From positions 32,001 through 96,000 of the IMG/VR virus record IMGVR_UViG_3300020577_011395: 64,000 bases of DNA. One strand, 5' to 3'. The stretch comes from a virus (taxonomy: Duplodnaviria > Caudoviricetes). The notes beneath the pieces were generated by a model. The model ran no database searches. It was not told where the DNA came from and saw nothing but the letters and a program-made list of their open reading frames with translations. This document shows positions 23,847-34,626 of the stretch, piece after piece (within the stretch, counting starts at the first letter, position 1; each line of letters opens with the position of its first letter). The position numbers and the translations under genes were made by a program.

Positions 23847-25094
23847 ATGAAAATAGATAAAAAGTTGAAAATTCTTGTAATTTCTGACCATATTTTTTCA
23901 CCAAGTGGAGTCGGTGGATCTACGAAAAGTATGGTTGATTGTTTGTTAAAAACTGGCAAATACCAGTTTTTATGTATTGGTGGAGCGCTAAAGCATCAAG
24001 ATTATAGACCAATAAAAACACAAGAGCATGGTGACGATCTTGTAATAATTCCAGTTGATGGGTATGGTACGCCAGAGCACGTTAGAAGTTTTATTAGACA
24101 ATTTAAGCCAGATATTCTATGGTTTATGACTGATCCAAGATTTTATGTATGGCTTTGGAACATAGCACAAGAGATCAGACCAAACGTTCCAATGGTCTAT
24201 TACCATGTTTGGGACAACTATCCTTATCCAAAGTTTAATAAAAAGTTCTATGACTCAAACGACTGTATCGCAACAATTAGTAAGCTAACAAGCGATATTG
24301 TTAAAACGGTGTCCCCAGGTGTTGATGAAGTTTATCTACCTCACGCAGTAAATCCAGAATGGTTTAAGGTTCTAGAAGAAAAAGAATATGCAAACTTAGT
24401 ACAAAAAGAAAAGACCTTCTTTTTCTGGACGAATAGAAATGCTAGACGCAAACTAAGTGGCAGTGTTGTTTGGTGGTATAAAGAGTTTCTAGATAAAGTT
24501 GGTCATGATAAAGCTTTCCTTTTGATGCATACCGACCCAAAGGATCCAAATGGTCAAGATCTTGAAGAAATTGCCAAAGAGCTTGGCCTAACCAAAGAAA
24601 ATTTTGGTATCTCAGCTGGTAAGGTTGCTCCGCAAGTCATGGCTCAATTCTATAACGCTGCCGATTGTACTATTAATATTAGCGATGCCGAAGGTTTTGG
24701 CTTGTCTGTGTTAGAATCACTTTCATGTGGAACTCCAGTTATCGTTAATAAAACTGGTGGTATGCAAGATCAAGCTATAGGAAAAGATGGTAAAGAGTTT
24801 GGTGTGGTTATCGAGCCAGCTTCAAGAGCAGTTATTGGTTCGCAAGAAGTACCGTATATCTACGAAGATAGAGTTGCTGGAGAAGACGTAGTTAATGCTA
24901 TGATTAAGATTCATAATATGACTAGAGAAGAAAGAAAACAACTTGGCAAAGAAGCCGTCCAGCATGTACAAGAAAACTTTAGCTTTGAACAATTCGGGCA
25001 AGCATGGGATAAACTATTACAAGAAGTTCATGCAAAGCATGGTTCTTGGGAGACACGTAAGAATTACAAATCATGGAAAGTAGAGGAAGTATAA
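23847..25094 (+). CDS. glycosyltransferase (GT4-like)
   Basis: NRNARRK, EGFGLSVLESLSCGTPVI. Confidence 0.9.
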   Translation: MKIDKKLKILVISDHIFSPSGVGGSTKSMVDCLLKTGKYQFLCIGGALKHQDYRPIKTQEHGDDLVIIPVDGYGTPEHVRSFIRQFKPDILWFMTDPRFYVWLWNIAQEIRPNVPMVYYHVWDNYPYPKFNKKFYDSNDCIATISKLTSDIVKTVSPGVDEVYLPHAVNPEWFKVLEEKEYANLVQKEKTFFFWTNRNARRKLSGSVVWWYKEFLDKVGHDKAFLLMHTDPKDPNGQDLEEIAKELGLTKENFGISAGKVAPQVMAQFYNAADCTINISDAEGFGLSVLESLSCGTPVIVNKTGGMQDQAIGKDGKEFGVVIEPASRAVIGSQEVPYIYEDRVAGEDVVNAMIKIHNMTREERKQLGKEAVQHVQENFSFEQFGQAWDKLLQEVHAKHGSWETRKNYKSWKVEEV

Positions 25095-26356
25095 TGAAAA
25101 AAATAGTTATATCAGGGCCAATTTTGTCTAGAAGTGGTTACGGTGAAATGTGTCGTTTTGCCTTTAGATCGTTAAGAAATAATAAAGATATTGATTTATT
25201 CTTGTTACCAACAAATTGGGGTAGTACAGGTAACCTTTTTGAAGATAATGAGGAGCGTAAAGAAATAGACTCGCTTGTTATGAAAACAAATCAGATTTTA
25301 CAACAAACCAACAATCAGCCAGGGTTTGATGTCGCTATACAAGTAACAATTCCAAATGAATGGAAAAAGCTAGCACCATACAATATTGGGTATACAGCAG
25401 GTATTGAAACAAATTGGATTTCTCCAGAGTGGCTTCAGCCATCATTGGCTATGGACAAAATTATAGTTATTAGTGAACATGCAAAATCTGGCTTTGTCAA
25501 TACGGTTTTAAGAGACCCAACTGGGAATGGTGGTCGCGGACAAGACTATAAAGTTACAACTCCCGTTGAAGTATGTCACTTCCCAGTTAAAGACTTTGAA
25601 CTTAAACCTCTAGACTTAGAATTAAAATATGATTTTAACTTTCTTGCTGTTTGTCAATGGGGTCCAAGAAAAAACCTAGAACAAACAATTATAAACTTTG
25701 TTGAAGAGTTTAAAGATGAATCAGTTGGTTTGGTGTTAAAAGTTAATACTACTAATGATTCTTTACTAGATAGAAGTCATACAAAAGATAGATTAGAAAA
25801 TCTATTGAAACAAATGCCAAAAGACCGCAAATGCAGCGTACACTTATTACACGGCCATATGTCAGAAGAAGAAATGTATGCTCTGTATAGACATCCAAAG
25901 ATTAAAGCAGTTGTTTCCACAACACATGGAGAAGGGTTCGGTTTCCCATTATTTGAAGCTGCTTGCGCTGAATTACCAGTGATTGCAACAGATTGGAGCG
26001 GCCACTTAGATTTCTTAACAATGAAAGACGAAGATGGTGTTGAGAAAAAAATGTTTGCGAAGGTTGATTTCGAATTAAAGCCATTACAACCAGAACATAT
26101 TTGGAAAGGCATACTAGAACAAGGAACCATGTGGGCTTATCCAGTTCCATCGTCTTTCAAAAATAAAATGCGAGAAGTTTATAAAGACTATACTAGGTTT
26201 AAGAGTTGGTCAAAGAAGCTTAATAAGTGGGTAAGAGAAGAGTTTGAAAGCCAAAAAATTAATAATAAGTTTTCTAAGCTAGTTGTAGCACAATTTGATG
26301 TTGAAAGCTGGCTTAAGGATATGAATGTAGAAGAAAACGTCTTTGAACATGACTAA
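25094..26356 (+). CDS. glycosyltransferase (GT4-like)
   Basis: SRSGYG, RKN, GEGFGFPLFEAA...LPVIATDWSGHLDF. Confidence 0.9.
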   Translation: MKKIVISGPILSRSGYGEMCRFAFRSLRNNKDIDLFLLPTNWGSTGNLFEDNEERKEIDSLVMKTNQILQQTNNQPGFDVAIQVTIPNEWKKLAPYNIGYTAGIETNWISPEWLQPSLAMDKIIVISEHAKSGFVNTVLRDPTGNGGRGQDYKVTTPVEVCHFPVKDFELKPLDLELKYDFNFLAVCQWGPRKNLEQTIINFVEEFKDESVGLVLKVNTTNDSLLDRSHTKDRLENLLKQMPKDRKCSVHLLHGHMSEEEMYALYRHPKIKAVVSTTHGEGFGFPLFEAACAELPVIATDWSGHLDFLTMKDEDGVEKKMFAKVDFELKPLQPEHIWKGILEQGTMWAYPVPSSFKNKMREVYKDYTRFKSWSKKLNKWVREEFESQKINNKFSKLVVAQFDVESWLKDMNVEENVFEHD

Positions 26357-27191
26357 AATAATTTTCATAGCCGATTTCTTTGCTAACGAGATAGCTGGCG
26401 GCGGTGAGTTAAATAACGAAGAGGTTATAAGCTGCCTAAGAAATAAAGGTTATGAAGTAGAAACAAAAAATTCCAGAGATTGCACTGCTGATTACCTCAA
26501 AAATAATCAGCAGTGTTTTTTCATAGTTGCAAATTTTATTGAACTTCATAGTTCGTGCCTAAGATTTCTTGAAAAGCTAAGATATATTATTTATGAACAT
26601 GATCATAAATATATTCGATCTCGTAATCCAGCTTCTTATAAGGATTATAAGGCACCAGAAACTGAACTGATTAACCAATCTTTTTATCACAAAGCAAAAG
26701 CTGTTCTTTGCCAAAGCACTTTCCATAAAAGTATATTATTGAAAAATTTATCTAATGTCAACGTAATAAGCTTATCTGGTAATGCATGGAGCGACAGTAG
26801 CCTTGATTTGATGGAACAACTTGTAAATTTAGAAAAGGCTGATAAATGTGCAATAATGAATACGACAAATTGGCATAAAAACACCAGTGGAGCAGTCTCT
26901 TATTGCAAACAAAAAAATTATGATTATACTTTAATAGATGGTTGTGAATACGAACAATTTTTAAAACAGCTTTCTAAGAATAAAAAATTAGTTTTTTTCC
27001 CACAGACACCAGAAACCCTGTCAAGAATAGTAGTAGAATGCAGAATGATGGGAATGTCAGTTATCACCAATGATAAAGTTGGAGCATCACAAGAAGAATG
27101 GTTCAAATTAAAAGGGAAAGACTTAATAGATTTTATGAGAACAAAAAAGAAAGGTATTATTCTAACAATAGAAAGGCTAGTAAATGAATAA
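26349..27191 (+). CDS. putative GT-B glycosyltransferase
   Basis: GGGEL, PETLSRIVVECRMMG. Confidence 0.7.
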   Translation: MTKIIFIADFFANEIAGGGELNNEEVISCLRNKGYEVETKNSRDCTADYLKNNQQCFFIVANFIELHSSCLRFLEKLRYIIYEHDHKYIRSRNPASYKDYKAPETELINQSFYHKAKAVLCQSTFHKSILLKNLSNVNVISLSGNAWSDSSLDLMEQLVNLEKADKCAIMNTTNWHKNTSGAVSYCKQKNYDYTLIDGCEYEQFLKQLSKNKKLVFFPQTPETLSRIVVECRMMGMSVITNDKVGASQEEWFKLKGKDLIDFMRTKKKGIILTIERLVNE

Positions 27192-28110
27192 AATATATAT
27201 TAAAGATCACGCAAATAATGCAAACAAATGGATTTATAATGGCTATGCAAATGCGTGGGCGTTTTGTGGCTTCCAAGTTGTAAGATATAATAACTTGCTA
27301 GAAATTCAAGAACCAGGCCAATTAATTATGGCAGTTGATTGGGATATTAAAACAGAAAAAGAATTAAAGGTTATAAAAGACTCTAAAATGACTTTTTTGT
27401 TTGTACAGCCAACAAAATATGAACTTCCTTGGTCAACCCATCCAAACTTTGTTTGTTTGTTGCCACAAAAATTTATAGATGAACTAAACTCGCTTACAAA
27501 CGTCCACAAATGGGCTTTTACTGATTTTGAAAAAGTAGACTACTATTTTGCATGGAATTCTGTTAATAAATATCCATTAGCTTTTGATAATTTTGAATAT
27601 AAAGCAAGTGAAGTAGTGCCTACTAATGACAAACATAAATTTGATGTTTGCTACATAGGTGGAAGAGCGCACAATGGTTTTGATGAGAAATACAAAATAA
27701 TGATGAATATGTTTGCTGCGTTTAAAGATTCTGGCTTGAAATGCGGGTTTTTTATTGAAAAGAACTTAACAAGTGAGCAAGAAAGAAGTGTAATATTCAA
27801 TAGCAAAGTATGCCTAAATATACACGACGCAAACCAGATTAAAATTAATATTGATACGAATGAGAGAACATTCAAAACTCTTGGAATAAATGGAGTGTTA
27901 GTAGCAAACTATAATGGACAATTATCTGGATTGTTCCCGGATGTGCCGCTTGGTAAAACCCCAGAAGAAGTAGTTAGAGAGGTTAAAAAGCTATGCTCTC
28001 TTGACCAATCTGAGCTTGAAACAATTGCTGTAAAAAATCGTAGAAATATTTTTGAAAATCATACGTATACTACAAGAGTTAAAAAAATGTTGGAGCTGAC
28101 AAATGTTTAA
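27184..28110 (+). CDS. CgeB-like glycosyltransferase
   Basis: DVCYIG, SKVCLNIH, NERTF, HTYTTRV. Confidence 0.75.
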   Translation: MNKIYIKDHANNANKWIYNGYANAWAFCGFQVVRYNNLLEIQEPGQLIMAVDWDIKTEKELKVIKDSKMTFLFVQPTKYELPWSTHPNFVCLLPQKFIDELNSLTNVHKWAFTDFEKVDYYFAWNSVNKYPLAFDNFEYKASEVVPTNDKHKFDVCYIGGRAHNGFDEKYKIMMNMFAAFKDSGLKCGFFIEKNLTSEQERSVIFNSKVCLNIHDANQIKINIDTNERTFKTLGINGVLVANYNGQLSGLFPDVPLGKTPEEVVREVKKLCSLDQSELETIAVKNRRNIFENHTYTTRVKKMLELTNV

Positions 28111-28843
28111 CCCAAAAGTATCTGTTATTGTACCTTTATATAATTGTGAAAAATATATTGAACAATGCATTGACTCTATATATCAACAGACATACAAAAA
28201 TATTGAAGTTTTTTGTATAGATAATGAGAGTACAGATAATAGTTTTAATATAATTAAAAATTTAAAACAGGATAAATATCCAGAACTAATTGTAGATTCC
28301 GCTCCGAATATATATCCGTATTGCTGGGAAGAAGCTAGGGACAAAGCGCTAGCACAAATGACTGGAGATTATTGTATAGTTATGGCATCTGATGATTTTC
28401 TTGAAAAAGATTTCATAACAAAATATATTGATATATTTTCAAGAGCGCCTAAAAAAATATTAGCTCTACAAAGCGGTATTATGGGCGTCAATGAACGTGG
28501 CGAAAAGCTTAGTGTAACTAAACACAGCTATAAAAACTTAGATGAAATGAAAAAGCAGTTATTAGAGAGGTCTGTCGTAAATACACCTACGGTAATGTAT
28601 CACAGAAGTTTGTATGATAAAGGTTTGTTAAAAACACTCCCAGAAGAATTTAGTGGCGCTGCGGATTACGATCTGTACTTTACTTTGGCAGACGCCGGTG
28701 TTATGATCTACGCGGTTCCAGAGTGGCTAGGATATTATTATCGCTGGCATAACGAGCAAGCAACTTGGGGCATGTTAAAATCAAACATAAAGTACGATAA
28801 ATTAATACAAGAAAAGTGGAAAACAAAATGGAAACTGGTTTAA
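28103..28843 (+). CDS. glycosyltransferase family 2
   Basis: VSVIVPLYNCEKYI, IDNESTDNS, SDD, YYYRWH. Confidence 0.92.
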   Translation: MFNPKVSVIVPLYNCEKYIEQCIDSIYQQTYKNIEVFCIDNESTDNSFNIIKNLKQDKYPELIVDSAPNIYPYCWEEARDKALAQMTGDYCIVMASDDFLEKDFITKYIDIFSRAPKKILALQSGIMGVNERGEKLSVTKHSYKNLDEMKKQLLERSVVNTPTVMYHRSLYDKGLLKTLPEEFSGAADYDLYFTLADAGVMIYAVPEWLGYYYRWHNEQATWGMLKSNIKYDKLIQEKWKTKWKLV

Positions 28844-29436
28844 CAGAAAAAAATCTTAGAGAATTTGAAATGAAGGTGTTTGATCTTTTTAAAAGTAAAA
28901 AGATCAAGTCCCCCATTCACCTTAGAGGTGGTAACGAAAAGCAATTAATAGAAATATTTAAAGATATAAAACATGAAGATTATTGTTTTCTAACGTGGGC
29001 AAGCCATTTAGAGTGCCTTCTAAAAGGTGTACCAGAAAGTAAAGTATTGGAAGCAATATTAGACAATAGATCAATTGCCTTATCGTTTAAAGATTATAAT
29101 ATTGTTTCATCAGCAATTGTTGGCGGAAACGCTCCAATTGCAGTTGGCACGGCTCTTGCACAAAAGTTAAAAAACACCAATAGACATACTTGGTGTTTTA
29201 TTGGTGATATGTCTTATTATACTGGGATCGTGCAAGAATCTATAAGATTTGCTGAAGTTAACGATCTTCCTATAACTTTTGTTATCGCGGATAACGGCCT
29301 GAGCGTTACGACACCAACAAGAAAACTGTGGGGTAATGACATAGAAAATTGTCATTTACTATCAAAAAAGTGTATAAGATACCAATATATTAATCACTTT
29401 CCACATGCTGGTATTGGAGAAAAGGTTATATTTTAA
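28828..29436 (+). CDS. TPP-dependent E1 alpha-like subunit (short)
   Basis: PIHL.GGNE, SAIVGG..PIAVG.AL, GD...N TPP motif. Confidence 0.85.
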   Translation: METGLTEKNLREFEMKVFDLFKSKKIKSPIHLRGGNEKQLIEIFKDIKHEDYCFLTWASHLECLLKGVPESKVLEAILDNRSIALSFKDYNIVSSAIVGGNAPIAVGTALAQKLKNTNRHTWCFIGDMSYYTGIVQESIRFAEVNDLPITFVIADNGLSVTTPTRKLWGNDIENCHLLSKKCIRYQYINHFPHAGIGEKVIF

Positions 29437-29966
29437 TGTTAAATTATGCTGAAGAATTAGAAAAAGCAATGCTTTGGATCGCAGAACAAAAAAATAGTGT
29501 TTTTCTTGGGCAAGGTATCGAATATGGTGGTATAGCTATTGCAAAAACCTTTGAAAAGATAGCAAAAGAAAAGAAGATGGAGCTTCCAGTAGCAGAAAAT
29601 ATGCAACTTGGTATTTCTATTGGAATGGCTTTAGACGGATTTATCCCAGTGTCAGTTTATCCAAGATGGAACTTTTTATTACTAGCTGCAGACCAGCTAG
29701 TAAACCATTTAGATAAACTACCAATTATAACAAAAGGTCAGTACAAGCCAAAAGTTATCATAAGAGTAGCCGTTGGTGTTAAAGAGCCTGTTGACCCACA
29801 AGAACAACACTTAGGAGATTTTACTGTTCCTTTTTCCATGATGTTAAAAACAATTAATGTTGTTAAGTTAACTAACGCGTCACAGATAGTGGAAGAATAT
29901 CAAAAAGCATATTTAAGACAAGATGGAATTTCTACTATATTAGTAGAGGAACACCAATTCGTATGA
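29436..29966 (+). CDS. TPP-dependent E1 beta-like subunit (pyrimidine-binding domain only)
   Basis: ELPVAENMQLG..IGMAL.G..P, DQLVN, QH. Confidence 0.85.
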   Translation: MLNYAEELEKAMLWIAEQKNSVFLGQGIEYGGIAIAKTFEKIAKEKKMELPVAENMQLGISIGMALDGFIPVSVYPRWNFLLLAADQLVNHLDKLPIITKGQYKPKVIIRVAVGVKEPVDPQEQHLGDFTVPFSMMLKTINVVKLTNASQIVEEYQKAYLRQDGISTILVEEHQFV

Positions 29967-30787
29967 AAATATTAGTATTAGGAGCAAAAAGCTTTCTAGC
30001 GAAAGAGATTAAATCTTACTTTAAAGACGATAAACGTTTTTATTATTCTGATAGGTCTACGATTGATTTAGAAAATAGCGCGCAGGTTGATGATCTTTTT
30101 AATAAACATTATTTTGACTTTGTTATAAATACTTGTTCTGTAGGTGGGAAGCTAGGAATACAAGATAACTTTTCGGTATTATCGAAAAATTTATCAATGT
30201 TTAATAATTTATTAAAAAATAGGAATAAATACGGCTATTTGTTTAATTTTTGTTCCGGCGCAGCGTTTGATAGAAGCTATCCTATTAGTGAAGTAAAAGA
30301 AGATTACATTGTTTTTGCAAATCCAAAAGATTTTTATGGGTTATCAAAAAAAATTATAGCAAGTGAATCTTTAAAACACAATAATATATTTACTTTTAGA
30401 TTGTTTGGGTGTTTCGGAAAATTTGAAAGCGAAGGTCGTCTCTTAAAGAACATTATTCTAGCTCATAAAAATAATACAGAAATAAAAATTGTAGAAGGCA
30501 AAGTAATGGATTACATTTCTGCAACAGACGTTTGCAGAGTTTTAGAATATTATATAAATAATATTAGTTTGCCTCTTTATAAGGATATTAATTTAGTATA
30601 TAATGAAAAAATAACTTTAGAACAGTTTGCAGAAACTGCGCTACAAGAACTTTCATCTTACAAAAAGTATTCACTTATCGAAGGTAGTCGAAGCCCGTAC
30701 ACTGGTGACAGTAAAAGACTTTCTACTTTGCCAATTAAGTTAATTGGTCTAAGAGAATCTATAAAGGAAGTAATAAAAAATGGATAA
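29963..30787 (+). CDS. NAD-dependent epimerase/reductase
   Basis: SGA, YGLSK, RLFGCFG. Confidence 0.85.
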   Translation: MKILVLGAKSFLAKEIKSYFKDDKRFYYSDRSTIDLENSAQVDDLFNKHYFDFVINTCSVGGKLGIQDNFSVLSKNLSMFNNLLKNRNKYGYLFNFCSGAAFDRSYPISEVKEDYIVFANPKDFYGLSKKIIASESLKHNNIFTFRLFGCFGKFESEGRLLKNIILAHKNNTEIKIVEGKVMDYISATDVCRVLEYYINNISLPLYKDINLVYNEKITLEQFAETALQELSSYKKYSLIEGSRSPYTGDSKRLSTLPIKLIGLRESIKEVIKNG

Positions 30788-32135
30788 AAAACAAGAAATA
30801 CTTAAACTAGTGTCAGAATATGTTCTCGAACAAGCAAATAAAAAATGGGACAAACAAAAAGACTGGGTCCAGTATTCTGGCCCAGTATTCGATGATAAAG
30901 AATATATGACTGCGATAGAAACATTATTAGGTGGGTGGCTAATAATGGGTGATAAATCCAGAGAATTTGAAAAAACATTTCCTAAGTTCTTAGGTAAGAA
31001 GCTAGGAGTTTTAACCAACTCTGGCAGTTCAGCGAACCTATTGATGGTTGCTGCAGCAAAATCAAAGAGAGCCTATAACCTTCCAGATGGCGCAAAGTTC
31101 ATAACTCCAATTGTATGTTTTCCAACAACTTTGAACCCAATAATTCAAAACAACTTAAAGCCAGTGTTTGTTGATGTTGAACTGCCAAGCCTAAACCTTA
31201 ACTTAGATCTAGTAGAAAAAAAGCTGCAAGAAGACCCAGAGATTAAGGGCATAATCTTTGCCCATGTTTTGGGAAATCCACCGAACATGGATCGTCTAAT
31301 GGCGCTAGTTGAAAAATATAAACTAATCTTTTTAGAAGATGCTTGTGATGCTCTTGGGTCTTTTTATGACGGTAAAAAACTTGGCTCTTATGGACATTTA
31401 TCAACATGTTCTTTCTTCCCAGCACATCATATGACAATGGGAGAAGGTGGATTCGTTGCTACAAACGACGGGCCAATAAAGATGGCAGCAGCTAGCTTTA
31501 GAGATTGGGGTCGTGCTTGCTATTGCAATGTATCACAACCAGGAAATGTTACCAGCAAAACTGCTTGCGGCAACCGCTTCAAGAACTGGCTTCCTGGCGC
31601 TCCAGATGCGATTTATGATCATAGGTATGTCTTTGACGAGATCGGATACAATTTAAAGCCCTTGGACCTGCAAGCGGCCATAGGATTAGAACAGTTAAAG
31701 AAGCTGCCAATGCTCGATCAAGCAAGAAGAGATAACTTTGATAAATTAACTAAAATCTTTTCTAAGTATGAACATTCTTTCATATTACCGAAAGCAACAG
31801 AAAAATCTGATCCTTGCTGGTTTGGTTTTTTATTAACAGTAAAAGATGAAGCAAAGTTTACTAAACAAGATATAGTAAATCATCTAGAATCCAACAGAAT
31901 TCAGACAAGATCTTATTTTAGTGGCAATATTCTTTACCATCCTGGATATCAGCATCTAAACGAGTTTGGAGCACAACTAGATAAAGAATTTCCAGTTGCT
32001 GGTAAGGCGACAAGAGATACATTATTTCTTGGAACATTTGCCGGTTTAACTCAGGAAAAGATTGATTATATTGAAGAAGTAATGGAAGATTTTTTCAAAA
32101 TACAAAGTAATCCAAAGAAACTTAAGGTGATTTAA
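30780..32135 (+). CDS. rfbH: CDP-4-keto-6-deoxyglucose 3-dehydratase (RfbH/DdhC-like)
   Basis: NSGSSANL, EDACDALGS, SFFPAHHMTMGEGG (His in place of Lys), RDWGR.C.C. Confidence 0.92.
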   Translation: MDKKQEILKLVSEYVLEQANKKWDKQKDWVQYSGPVFDDKEYMTAIETLLGGWLIMGDKSREFEKTFPKFLGKKLGVLTNSGSSANLLMVAAAKSKRAYNLPDGAKFITPIVCFPTTLNPIIQNNLKPVFVDVELPSLNLNLDLVEKKLQEDPEIKGIIFAHVLGNPPNMDRLMALVEKYKLIFLEDACDALGSFYDGKKLGSYGHLSTCSFFPAHHMTMGEGGFVATNDGPIKMAAASFRDWGRACYCNVSQPGNVTSKTACGNRFKNWLPGAPDAIYDHRYVFDEIGYNLKPLDLQAAIGLEQLKKLPMLDQARRDNFDKLTKIFSKYEHSFILPKATEKSDPCWFGFLLTVKDEAKFTKQDIVNHLESNRIQTRSYFSGNILYHPGYQHLNEFGAQLDKEFPVAGKATRDTLFLGTFAGLTQEKIDYIEEVMEDFFKIQSNPKKLKVI

Positions 32136-33100
32136 TGAAAATACTGTATGTAACTGGTTGTGCAGGCTTTATTGGTTCGCATTTTACAAGGTTAGCTTTA
32201 AAAAATAAATATAGGGTATATGGCGTTGACAAGATGACATATGCTTCAAACGAAGATGTTATTGAAGAATTCAAGAAAAATAAACTCTTTACTTTTATTA
32301 AAGAAGACATTAGAGATTTAAAACATATTCATAACTGTGATGCTATTGTGAATTTTGCTGCAGAAACTCATGTAGATAATAGCATTAATTCTAGCGCTCC
32401 TTTTATAGAAAGTAACGTTGAAGGCGTTAGAAATTTACTTGAGTTAGTGCGCATGAAACATGGCAACTCTATTGATAAGCCTTTGTTTGTTCAAATAAGT
32501 ACAGACGAAGTTTATGGGGATATCAAAGAAGGTTCTTTTTTAGAATTTGATCCGTTAAACCCAAGTAACCCTTATGCAGCCTCAAAAGCGTCTGCCGAAA
32601 TGCTTGTAACGTCTTGGAGCAGGACATATGGAATAAAATATGTTATAATAAGACCAACAAATAATTACGGTAAAGGTCAATACCCAGAAAAATTGATACC
32701 GCTTGCCGTATATAACCTGATGAATCATAAAAAAATCAAACTTCATAATGGTGGAGCACCAGTAAGAAATTGGTTACACGTTGAGGATACTGCAGAAGCA
32801 ATTCTTACTGTTTTAACGTATGAAAGAACGGCTGTTGAAAATGAAAAATACAACGTTTCAGCAGACTTTGAACAAACGAATTATTCAACTGCAGATAAAA
32901 TTATTACTTCTTTTTTTGGTAAAAAAGAAGTTTTTGCTTATCCTGATTATATAGATACCTCTCTTGTTAGAGTTGGACAAGATGTCAGGTATTCAATAGA
33001 TGCCAGCAAAATAAAAAAACTTGGATGGAAGCCTAAAAGAAACTTTGATAAAGAGATAAAATCTATAGTTGATTTTTATAAAAAAGGATATAAGTGGTAA
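32135..33100 (+). CDS. rfbB: dTDP-glucose 4,6-dehydratase
   Basis: GCAGFIGS, AAETHVDNSI, STDEVYG, PYAASK, NNYG..QYPEKLIP. Confidence 0.92.
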   Translation: MKILYVTGCAGFIGSHFTRLALKNKYRVYGVDKMTYASNEDVIEEFKKNKLFTFIKEDIRDLKHIHNCDAIVNFAAETHVDNSINSSAPFIESNVEGVRNLLELVRMKHGNSIDKPLFVQISTDEVYGDIKEGSFLEFDPLNPSNPYAASKASAEMLVTSWSRTYGIKYVIIRPTNNYGKGQYPEKLIPLAVYNLMNHKKIKLHNGGAPVRNWLHVEDTAEAILTVLTYERTAVENEKYNVSADFEQTNYSTADKIITSFFGKKEVFAYPDYIDTSLVRVGQDVRYSIDASKIKKLGWKPKRNFDKEIKSIVDFYKKGYKW

Positions 33101-34039
33101 ATGGAAAAGAAAATATTAATTACTGGTGGCTCTGGTCTTTTAGGAAATTCTTTTAAGAAGTTATTGCCAAATGCTCTGTATCCAACATCTGAAGAGCTTA
33201 ATTTGCTTGACAATAAATCAGTATATTTCTATATAGAAAATGAAAAACCAGACGTAGTTATACATCTTGCTGGTAAGGTTGGTGGCGTTAAAAACAACAC
33301 TGAACATATGTATGACTTTTATCATCAAAATTCTACAATAAACAACAATGTAATAGATGCGTGTGTAAAAAACAAAGTTGAAAAACTTGTTTGCTGTTTA
33401 TCAACATGTATATACCCAGATGAAAAGTTTATAGATTATCCTCTTACAGAAGAACAGCTCCATTTAGGCCCACCGCATGATTCAAACTTTGGTTATGCTT
33501 ACGCAAAACGTATGGTTGATGTGCAACTTAGAGCCGCTAGACAGCAATTTGGACTAAATTATATTTCTGTTGTACCTAACAATATTTATGGAGAGCACGA
33601 TAACTTTGATTTAGAAAATGGACATGTTATACCAGCTTTGATAAGAAAAGTTTGGGAAGCGCAGTTAATCGGAAAAGACACTTTTACTGTATGGGGTGAT
33701 GGAGAGATATATAGAGAATTTACTTATGTCGATGATATAAGAGATACTATTTTGTTCTGTTTAGAGCATTATAATTCGCCAGAACCAATAAATATTGGCA
33801 ATCATAATGAATCTTCGCTTAAGAGTGTAATAGAAATAATTTGTGAATTACTTAAGTTTGAAGGTTCAATTATATATGATGTTACTAAACCAAAAGGGCA
33901 GAAAAAAAAACCATCTTCAAATGAGAAACTGTTGCAATTAGGGTGGAGAGAAGATCAATATACGAGCTTAGAACTCGGGCTAAAAAAGACTTGTGATTGG
34001 TTTATAAAGAGTTATCCAAACATTAGAGGTGTTAAATGA
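33101..34039 (+). CDS. fcl: GDP-L-fucose synthase
   Basis: HLAGKVGG, STCIYP, YAYAKR, HVIPALI, VWGDG..REF. Confidence 0.92.
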   Translation: MEKKILITGGSGLLGNSFKKLLPNALYPTSEELNLLDNKSVYFYIENEKPDVVIHLAGKVGGVKNNTEHMYDFYHQNSTINNNVIDACVKNKVEKLVCCLSTCIYPDEKFIDYPLTEEQLHLGPPHDSNFGYAYAKRMVDVQLRAARQQFGLNYISVVPNNIYGEHDNFDLENGHVIPALIRKVWEAQLIGKDTFTVWGDGEIYREFTYVDDIRDTILFCLEHYNSPEPINIGNHNESSLKSVIEIICELLKFEGSIIYDVTKPKGQKKKPSSNEKLLQLGWREDQYTSLELGLKKTCDWFIKSYPNIRGVK

Positions 34040-34626
34040 TAAAAGAGATTGTTAAAAGTATAGAAGAGTCTATTGCAGTAAAACAACAAATATTAAAGTC
34101 GGAAGAAACTCTTGATTTAATCCGTGCAGCTGCTATAACTATTACGCATGCCTTCCAAGACGAAGGAAAGGTTTTGTTCTGTGGCAATGGCGGTTCGGCT
34201 GCTGATGCTCAGCACTTATCAGCAGAGCTTTCTGGCAGGTTTAAGTTTGATAGAGAGCCGCTAGATGCTGAAGCTCTACATGTAAATTCGTCTTATATAA
34301 CTGCGGTTGCAAATGACTATGGCTATGAACAAATATTTTCAAGGCTAATAGCGGCCAAGGCAAAAAGAGGAGATGTATTAGTCGGCCTCAGCACATCAGG
34401 TGAATCAAAAAACATAATAAAAGCTTTTGAAAAAGCTAGAGAAATAAAAAATATTAGCTGTATTTCTTTAACTGGTGCGGGAGAAAGCACTTTGGACAAA
34501 CTATCTCACATTACAATAAAAGTACCTTCTACTGACACAGCTAGGATACAAGAAGCGCATATAATGATTGGCCATATAATTTGTGGTCTTGTGGAACAAA
34601 GCATCTATGGCAAAGCTACAATTTAA
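34036..34626 (+). CDS. gmhA: D-sedoheptulose-7-phosphate isomerase
   Basis: CGNGGSAADAQH, ANDYGY, STSG.S.N, RIQEAH. Confidence 0.93.
   Translation: MIKEIVKSIEESIAVKQQILKSEETLDLIRAAAITITHAFQDEGKVLFCGNGGSAADAQHLSAELSGRFKFDREPLDAEALHVNSSYITAVANDYGYEQIFSRLIAAKAKRGDVLVGLSTSGESKNIIKAFEKAREIKNISCISLTGAGESTLDKLSHITIKVPSTDTARIQEAHIMIGHIICGLVEQSIYGKATI

Noticed and set aside
28828-29966. Pyruvate dehydrogenase as a central-metabolism auxiliary gene
   Set aside because: Truncated subunits, no E2/E3, embedded in a sugar-nucleotide cluster
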